Shown: positions 55,026 through 64,000 of the stretch, in pieces
Layout: every line of letters starts with the position of its first letter
How positions within the stretch are numbered: position 1 is the first letter of the stretch
NCBI GenBank assembly: GCA_963741205.1
Contig: CAVUHW010000020.1
Span: 64,001 to 128,000 of the forward strand
Direction: 5' to 3'
DNA length: 64,000 bases
Source: Nitrospirota bacterium
GTDB lineage: Bacteria > Nitrospirota > UBA9217
Made by a program: the position numbers and the translations under genes
Notes under the pieces: generated by a model
Database searches by the model: none
Seen by the model: the letters and a program-made list of their open reading frames with translations, nothing else
Told to the model about the DNA's origin: nothing

Positions 55026-56366
55026 ATGAACCCTAAAATTACCTTTATTTTACTGATTATTATCACTGCAATTGCGATCCCCTTCATACCGGCGTATGCC
55101 GATCAGCTCGCGCCACTGAACGAGGACCAGTCCGCTATCGTCCCTCCCCAGTTAAAGCCACCGACTGAAGATGTGGCGCAGCTCGATGAATCCGAAGATC
55201 TCGGGGTTGAAAAGCTCTACGACATACCCATGGTTTTGAATGACAGTGTTGAGACCCATCTGGAATATTTCACCAACCGGGGAAGGGACAAATTCCAACT
55301 GTATCTGGATCGCTCCGCACGTTTTATGCCAATGATGAAAGACATCTTCCGCGAGAAGAACATGCCCGAGGACCTGGTCTATGTGGCCCTGATCGAAAGC
55401 GGGTTCAATCCCTACGCTGTCTCCTGGTGCAAGGCGGTCGGCGCATGGCAGTTCATGCCTGGCACGGCCAAGCTCTACGGCCTCAAGATCGACTGGTGGA
55501 TCGACGAACGTAAAGACCCGATCAAATCGACGAAGGCCGCCGCCGAACTCCTGAAGGATCTGCACGACCAATTCGGTTCCTGGCCGCTCGCGCTCGCCTC
55601 TTATAATGCAGGGGCGGGCAAAGTGCAGCGGGCGGTGCTAAGGACCCGCTCCGAGGACTTCTGGGACCTCAAGGCCTCACGCTTCATCAAGCCGGAAACG
55701 AAGAACTACATTCCCAAGTACATGGCAGCGACCATCATCGCCAAAAACCCTGAAGGATATGGCTTTACCGCAGGCAGCCGCGCACCCTTCAAATACGATG
55801 AAGTGACGCTTGAGGAAAGCGCGGACCTCCGCCTCATTGCACGCTGCGCGGAATGCTCGTATGAGGAAATCAAGGAGTTGAACCCCGAACTCAAGCGCTG
55901 GGTCACCCCCCCTCACTTCGATAAATATGTCCTGCGGATCCCGCCGGGAAAGAAAGACGTATTTGTGGCGAACTTCACCGCCGTTCCACCAGAGCAGAAG
56001 ATCAAATGGGAACGGCATGAAGTGAAGAAGGGTGAGACCCTCGCCAGTCTTGCCAAGAAATACAACACGACCTCAGAAGCCATCCGGGACGTTAACGGGA
56101 TTCGCAAAAACCGGCTCTCGCCCGGCAAGCACATCCTCATCCCTGTCGATATGAACGGGACGGCGGATGTGACATATTTGAACCCCGGTCAGGACGTCAG
56201 GCAGCAAGAAATATTCTACCGCGTTCGGCGCGGCGAGACCCTCGTCAAGATCGCTAAAAAACATAATATCAGCGTGGCGGACATCAGGGAATGGAATAAG
56301 GGGATAGGGAAATCGGTACGGGCAGGACAGCAGATCAAACTGATCGTCGATGTGAATCAGATATAA
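55026..56366 (+). CDS. mltD: MltD-like lytic transglycosylase with LysM repeats
   Basis: ALIESGFNP, GAWQFMPGTA, ASYNAG, ETKNYIPK; two C-terminal LysM domains. Confidence 0.9.
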   Translation: MNPKITFILLIIITAIAIPFIPAYADQLAPLNEDQSAIVPPQLKPPTEDVAQLDESEDLGVEKLYDIPMVLNDSVETHLEYFTNRGRDKFQLYLDRSARFMPMMKDIFREKNMPEDLVYVALIESGFNPYAVSWCKAVGAWQFMPGTAKLYGLKIDWWIDERKDPIKSTKAAAELLKDLHDQFGSWPLALASYNAGAGKVQRAVLRTRSEDFWDLKASRFIKPETKNYIPKYMAATIIAKNPEGYGFTAGSRAPFKYDEVTLEESADLRLIARCAECSYEEIKELNPELKRWVTPPHFDKYVLRIPPGKKDVFVANFTAVPPEQKIKWERHEVKKGETLASLAKKYNTTSEAIRDVNGIRKNRLSPGKHILIPVDMNGTADVTYLNPGQDVRQQEIFYRVRRGETLVKIAKKHNISVADIREWNKGIGKSVRAGQQIKLIVDVNQI

Positions 56367-56380
56367 TCGCGTGTCGAATC

Positions 56381-56417
56381 AAAAAGGGTCAGGGAAATAT
56401 CCCTGACCCTTTTTTTT
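56381..56417. terminator. Bidirectional intrinsic terminator
   Basis: AAAAAGGGTCAGGGA-AATA-TCCCTGACCCTTTTTTTT. Confidence 0.92.
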
Positions 56418-56505
56418 GCTATTGAACGGAAGCATCGTTTTGTTTGAACCCGGCGGCGGCAAATTCGATTCATTTCTGTTCCGGACACCGCCGGCACGGC
56501 AGTTC

Positions 56506-57219
56506 TTAGTTGCTCTGCGTTCCCCCAACGGATTGAGGAAGCGGGGAAATCACTTGCACCTTGCCTTTCGCCTCCATGCCCCAGGTCGTACCGATAAGTT
56601 TGTCGGCAACCTCTTTATACTTCTTATCGGCCGCGGACTTATTTCCCGCAGCTTCATAGAGACGGGCGAGTTCCACTGTAGAAACGCCCGGCCCGAGCAA
56701 GGCCTCCGCTTGTTCGAACGACTTCCGCGCGTCATCCTGCCGTCCCATCCCCTGATATGCATAGGCCATGCGCTGATATACGAGGCCGAGGAGTAATTTG
56801 TCGCCCGAGTATTTGCTTACGAAGGCCTGATATTCCTTGATCGCTTCTTCCGGCCGGCCGAGATTCACGAGGCAGTTTCCGACATAGTACTGAGCTATTG
56901 CGGCGCTCCTGGTGCCGGAATACTTTTTTTGAATATCACGGTACAGATCGAGAGCCTTGCCGTAATCTCCGGGAGCGCCGTTCGACGGGCTGTAGACCTC
57001 GTATGCGGCCGCAACAAGCGGCTCGGCCTTCTGCTCCTGCTGGGCGCGCACGAGCGCATATCCACCCGCAAGCACGACGACGGCGGCAATGGCCGTTCCG
57101 GCGATCGTAAACTGTCTCTTGTATTTCGCGAGAAAGGCTGAAATGATATGCGCAATCGTCACAATCTCCTGCTCAGGCTGTCTGGGTGCTGCATATCCTC
57201 TCTTCTTGATCGTCGGCAT
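56506..57219 (-). CDS. Membrane-anchored TPR protein (YfgM-like)
   Basis: Single TM segment followed by TPR helices. Confidence 0.75.
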   Translation of the reverse strand: MPTIKKRGYAAPRQPEQEIVTIAHIISAFLAKYKRQFTIAGTAIAAVVVLAGGYALVRAQQEQKAEPLVAAAYEVYSPSNGAPGDYGKALDLYRDIQKKYSGTRSAAIAQYYVGNCLVNLGRPEEAIKEYQAFVSKYSGDKLLLGLVYQRMAYAYQGMGRQDDARKSFEQAEALLGPGVSTVELARLYEAAGNKSAADKKYKEVADKLIGTTWGMEAKGKVQVISPLPQSVGGTQSN

Positions 57220-57261
57220 TGGTACAACCTCCCCTTAGGAAAAGAAATGTCGGAATGCGGA

Positions 57262-57307
57262 GCCTGCGCCCAGCGGTTACGAGTGCGGTAGCGCGAGTGC
57301 AGGGTGT
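57262..57307 (-). repeat. Dispersed ~45-bp element, copy B
   Basis: Reverse complement ACACCCTGCACTCGCGCTACCGCACTCGTAACCGCTGGGCGCAGGC. Confidence 0.85.
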
Positions 57308-57340
57308 GCGGATTGGAACGTCCACACTTCGATAATTCAC

Positions 57341-58003
57341 TCACTTGTTCAGCGTTGCTCTCGCCTTGGAAGCCAGCTCCCGGGAGTTTCGGAGAACCTC
57401 ATCGATCTGCCCCCTGTTGAGCCCTGCGCCGAGCAGTACGCCCGTCGCGAATTCATCGGTGATCAGATCGCCGGGTTCGTGGGTGTCGGTATCGATCACA
57501 AGTTTTGCTCCCGTTTCAACGGCGATTCTGGCCACGTGTCCGTTGGAGAGGCTGTGGCCCTTTCGCGAAGAGATCTCCAGATATACACCGTTCCGCGCTG
57601 CGAGATCAGCTTCATCCCTTGAAATAAGCCCCGGGTGGGCCAGGATGTCGACGCGCGCCTCGATGGCTGCGCGGTTCGTCCCCGGATGGACGGGCTCCAC
57701 AAGGGTTTCACCGTGTGCAACGACAATTGCGGCGCCCAGGGAACGCGCCCGGTCGGTAAGCTCGGCGAACGTTTCGGGGGGTATGTGCGTCAGTTCGATG
57801 CCCGGCAGCGCTGTTATTTTCCACCGTCTGTTCAGCTCCCGGCATGCGGCGGAAACACGCGGAATGGCGAAATCGAGGTTCGACGAGTCCGCATGGTCGG
57901 TGATTGCGATTACCTCGTAGCCTTTCATGACTGCGCGGCGTACCAGCTCCGACGGCACGAGCACCCCGTCACTGAACAACGAATGAGTGTGGAGATCGAT
58001 CAT
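57341..58003 (-). CDS. PHP domain phosphoesterase (histidinol-phosphatase-like)
   Basis: DLHTHS..SDG, ITDH, AHGET, AHPG, DTDTH. Confidence 0.9.
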   Translation of the reverse strand: MIDLHTHSLFSDGVLVPSELVRRAVMKGYEVIAITDHADSSNLDFAIPRVSAACRELNRRWKITALPGIELTHIPPETFAELTDRARSLGAAIVVAHGETLVEPVHPGTNRAAIEARVDILAHPGLISRDEADLAARNGVYLEISSRKGHSLSNGHVARIAVETGAKLVIDTDTHEPGDLITDEFATGVLLGAGLNRGQIDEVLRNSRELASKARATLNK

Positions 58004-58046
58004 GAAACCTCCCAATTGACGAACGATGGACGACCGTTTGCTCCGT

Positions 58047-58089
58047 ACCCTGCACTCGCGCTATGCACTCGTAAGCGCTGGGCACAGGC
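58047..58089 (+). repeat. Dispersed ~45-bp element, copy C
   Basis: ACCCTGCACTCGCGCTATGCACTCGTAAGCGCTGGGCACAGGC. Confidence 0.85.
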
Positions 58090-58143
58090 TCACGAGGACT
58101 ACGGACGCAGAGGCTTTTCGACTTTCGTCCCTCGTCCTCCGTT

Positions 58144-59094
58144 CTACGCAAACTTGCATTTCATACCCTGCCGGCTTCCCCGTTTTTCAAGACAGGCATC
58201 GAGATCGATCAGAAACTCGCTGCGCGTTTTGTTCCAGACCGGCGCAATCAATATCTCGTCCGGCGCCGCGGCGAAAAGCCTTTGGAGAACGATCCGTGGA
58301 GACAAACGGTCCAGAAAGTCGGCGAGCATCGTCAGATACTCTTCATAGCCGAATGTCGGAAACGGCTTTGTCAGGTACAGATCGGCCAGGGCCGTGTCTT
58401 TCACGACCTGAAGCTGGTGGATCTTGAGGAACTCGACCGGCATCCGGGAAAGCTCCTCTGCCATGCCGAGCATATCTTCTCGCGTTTCCGTGGGAAAGCC
58501 CAGGATGAGGTGAGCGCCGACCCTGATGCCGCGGCCGGCAGTCAGCGTGACGGCATGTTGAAAACAGGCGTAATCGTGCCCCCGGTTGATGAACTCGAGC
58601 GTCCTGTCGTAGATCGATTGGAGGCCGTATTCTACAAGGACGAAATAGTCCCGGGCAAGGGATTCGAGAAGCTCGATTTTTTCTTCATCGACGCAGTCCG
58701 GCCGCGTGCCAATGGCAAGCCCCACGACGCCCGGATTGTCGAGCGCCTCGCGGTAGAGACGCTCCAGCGTCTCGACAGGGGCATAGGTATTCGTATAGGG
58801 CTGGAAATAAACGATGAACTTATCCGCGCCGTACCGGGACCGCAGGTAAGGGATGCCTTTCGCGATCTGCTCGCGCAAGGATGAAGAGCTCGTGCACGCC
58901 GAAGGTCTGAAGCTGTCGTTATTGCAGTAAATGCATCCCCCGGTCGCAATGCTTCCGTCGCGGTTTGGGCAGGTGAACCCCGCGTCCACATTCACCTTAT
59001 AAACCGGCTGACCGAACAACTCCTTCATATACTGACCGAAAGCGTTGTATCGCCGGGACATCATCTTTTTATGTGAGAGTTCGGCAACTTTCAT
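58144..59094 (-). CDS. TIGR01212/YhcC family radical SAM protein
   Basis: DAGFTCPNRDG...GGCIYC, YFQPYTNTY, IGTRPDC, INRGH. Confidence 0.93.
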   Translation of the reverse strand: MKVAELSHKKMMSRRYNAFGQYMKELFGQPVYKVNVDAGFTCPNRDGSIATGGCIYCNNDSFRPSACTSSSSLREQIAKGIPYLRSRYGADKFIVYFQPYTNTYAPVETLERLYREALDNPGVVGLAIGTRPDCVDEEKIELLESLARDYFVLVEYGLQSIYDRTLEFINRGHDYACFQHAVTLTAGRGIRVGAHLILGFPTETREDMLGMAEELSRMPVEFLKIHQLQVVKDTALADLYLTKPFPTFGYEEYLTMLADFLDRLSPRIVLQRLFAAAPDEILIAPVWNKTRSEFLIDLDACLEKRGSRQGMKCKFA

Positions 59095-59197
59095 GACAAA
59101 AATACGTTTCCGCGGGACAACTGCATGCCGAACGGAAAAGTGATGGTAATATACCAGACGTGGGCAAAAAAATCCAGAGAGGAATTCCTGACTCTCT

Positions 59198-59653
59198 TTA
59201 TCTCGTCCACGACGTGGTCCTGCCAAAGAGGGAAATGCCGATGAACCCCCGCAGTTTCAGTTGGTTGGGAGAGACAAGTGTTATTTTGCCGCGGTATTTA
59301 TTGCCGTTCTTCGGGTCATATACCGTACCGCCGCTCCAGGTGTTATCTCCTGCGAACGCGAAGTCACGCATGATCACGAGCCCGATGATCGGCGTTTTTC
59401 TGAGCGCCGGGTCCGGGTTGTTGTGGTCGAGCCTCGGTGTTCCGGGGGGGCCTTCCTTCGAACCTTCGGGATAATTCGGTTCCTTGGCCCAGACGACCTT
59501 GCCGCAATACCGATCGCCGCACTGGTAGATCTCGATCTTTCCGTCCTTCTCCTCATTGTTCCAGACGCCGAGGATCGCGTCTCCGCCGGAAGCCGATGGC
59601 GGATACGGCTGATGACCAGTAATAAAGCCAGCATCAAGATGATCTTTATTCAT
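59198..59653 (-). CDS. DUF2147 family exported protein
   Basis: ILGVW, CGKVVW, NPDPALR, GTVYDPKNG, LRGFIG..LFGRTTSWTR. Confidence 0.9.
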   Translation of the reverse strand: MNKDHLDAGFITGHQPYPPSASGGDAILGVWNNEEKDGKIEIYQCGDRYCGKVVWAKEPNYPEGSKEGPPGTPRLDHNNPDPALRKTPIIGLVIMRDFAFAGDNTWSGGTVYDPKNGNKYRGKITLVSPNQLKLRGFIGISLFGRTTSWTR

Positions 59654-59661
59654 GATGGCCC

Positions 59662-60501
59662 TCATTTCAATAGTGATTTCACGGTCCGCATGTTCCGCGG
59701 ATCGTCCTCTTCCGTTTCCTTCGGCGTCTCCATGATTTTCGGAATTTCCCTGAACGCGGGGTGATGGAGCAGCACCTTGAAGCCGTCAAGACCTACCTTC
59801 CCTTCCCCGATATGCCAGTGGCGGTCGACACGGGAACCAAAGTCGCGAAGGCAGTCGTTCAGATGCATGCCTTTCAGACGTTCCAGTCCGACGGTTGAAT
59901 CTATCTTCTTTGCGAGGGCTGCCACGTCTTTTTTGGTGCGTATATCGTATCCCGCCGCAAACCCGTGACAGGTATCGTAACAGAGACCAACCGGCGCTGC
60001 ATCATCGAGTAGTGCCATGACCTCCCGGACCTGTTCGAGCGTATACCCGACGTCTCCGGCCTCGCCCGCCGTGTTCTCGAGCAGTATGGTCGCTTTCGGC
60101 TCGTGAACCTTCATCGCCGCATTCAGTGCGTCCGCCACCCGCCCGATCATCCATTCCGCGTCCTTGCCGCTCGCGGAACCGAGATGGGTCACCAGATATT
60201 CGGCGCCGAGGCGCTCCGTTCGTTCAAGATCGATCACGAACTGCTCGATGGAGCGTTCGTAGAGGTCGGGCCGGGGAGAGGCGAGGTTGATGAGATAGTT
60301 CGTATGGACGAACACCGGCCCGATGTCCCACTGTTCGCGCAGTTTTTTAAAGCGCGCGATATCGTCCCGGTCCAGGGGTTTCACCGTCCAGCCGCGCGGG
60401 TTCCTGCTGAAGATCTGCATGCAGGTGCAGCCGAGCTCGAAGGCGCGCTGGACGGCAAGGGAGAAGCCGCCGGATATGGAGACGTGGAAGCCGATTCGCA
60501 T
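59662..60501 (-). CDS. nfo: Endonuclease IV
   Basis: IGFHVSISGG, QIFSRNPRGW, YLINLAS, LENTAG, DTCH, HLND, DRH, METP. Confidence 0.96.
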   Translation of the reverse strand: MRIGFHVSISGGFSLAVQRAFELGCTCMQIFSRNPRGWTVKPLDRDDIARFKKLREQWDIGPVFVHTNYLINLASPRPDLYERSIEQFVIDLERTERLGAEYLVTHLGSASGKDAEWMIGRVADALNAAMKVHEPKATILLENTAGEAGDVGYTLEQVREVMALLDDAAPVGLCYDTCHGFAAGYDIRTKKDVAALAKKIDSTVGLERLKGMHLNDCLRDFGSRVDRHWHIGEGKVGLDGFKVLLHHPAFREIPKIMETPKETEEDDPRNMRTVKSLLK

Positions 60502-60549
60502 AGAATCCTTTTTTGCCACAGAGGACACAGAGATCACAGAGAAAGTATC

Positions 60550-60654
60550 GTCATCTCCGGCATGATTCTAGCCGGGATCAGGGTCTTGAGTTTTCACATA
60601 GTTTAAAAATGTTTAAAGAAACTGGATTCCCGATTAAAGGCGTTCGGGAATGAC
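60550..60654. repeat. GTCAT...GGAATGAC palindromic element
   Basis: GTCATCTCCGGCATGATTCTAGCCGGGATC...CTGGATTCCCGA...TCGGGAATGAC. Confidence 0.8.
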
Positions 60655-60674
60655 AAATAAGGTTCGCCGTCGTC

Positions 60675-63879
<3,205 letters not shown>

Positions 63880-63883
<4 letters not shown>

Positions 63884-64000
63884 TCCTTGACTCCGGTGGC
63901 GGCCTCGACTGCGCGTTTGGCCCGGTTCTTTGCCGAGCGCTTGCCGTATAGTCTTGCACATAGGGAAACGATGACTTCATGAAGATCGCGCACGATATCG
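63880..64000 (-). CDS. tnpA: IS607 family serine recombinase TnpA, C-terminus (partial)
   Basis: Manual translation DIVRDLHEVIVSLCARLYGKRSAKNRAKRAVEAATGVKE*, with ATGA overlap into tnpB. Confidence 0.88.

Overview
A roughly 55% GC bacterial chromosomal segment. The Nitrospirota-type RpoZ N-terminus, futalosine menaquinone genes and multiheme cytochromes suggest an anaerobic Nitrospirota or deltaproteobacteria-like organism (inference). The assembly has many single-base indels: even ligA, gmk, lepA, coaBC and miaB are split, so I treat frameshifts as sequencing errors and rejoin the fragments. Left to right: (1) the edge of a probable mobile element (XRE regulator, IS21-like end repeats); (2) accessory redox and transport genes (flavin reductase, SulP, pirin, TMEM175, two multiheme cytochromes, HPP/CBS, ferredoxin, a rubredoxin missing from the ORF track, a YbhGFSR-like exporter, a c7 cytochrome); (3) a core block (glk, lepA, lepB, yicC, remA, gmk, rpoZ, coaBC, ppx); (4) PBP1A, a membrane HAMP-GGDEF protein and a TPR lipoprotein converging on a sigma-54-driven type IV pilin/ABC locus; (5) mqnE, mqnC, mtaB, miaB, DUF62, rqcH, queE, mltD, nfo and ligA; (6) an IS607 element with a truncated TnpB-like gene at the right edge. 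The strongest candidate for something new is the membrane cyclase. It carries the Hypr (3',3'-cGAMP) Asp-to-Ser signature in a GGDDF-type domain, appears paired with a QseG-like lipoprotein, and sits next to a Geobacter-like pilin locus. I found no rRNA, tRNA or CRISPR array.
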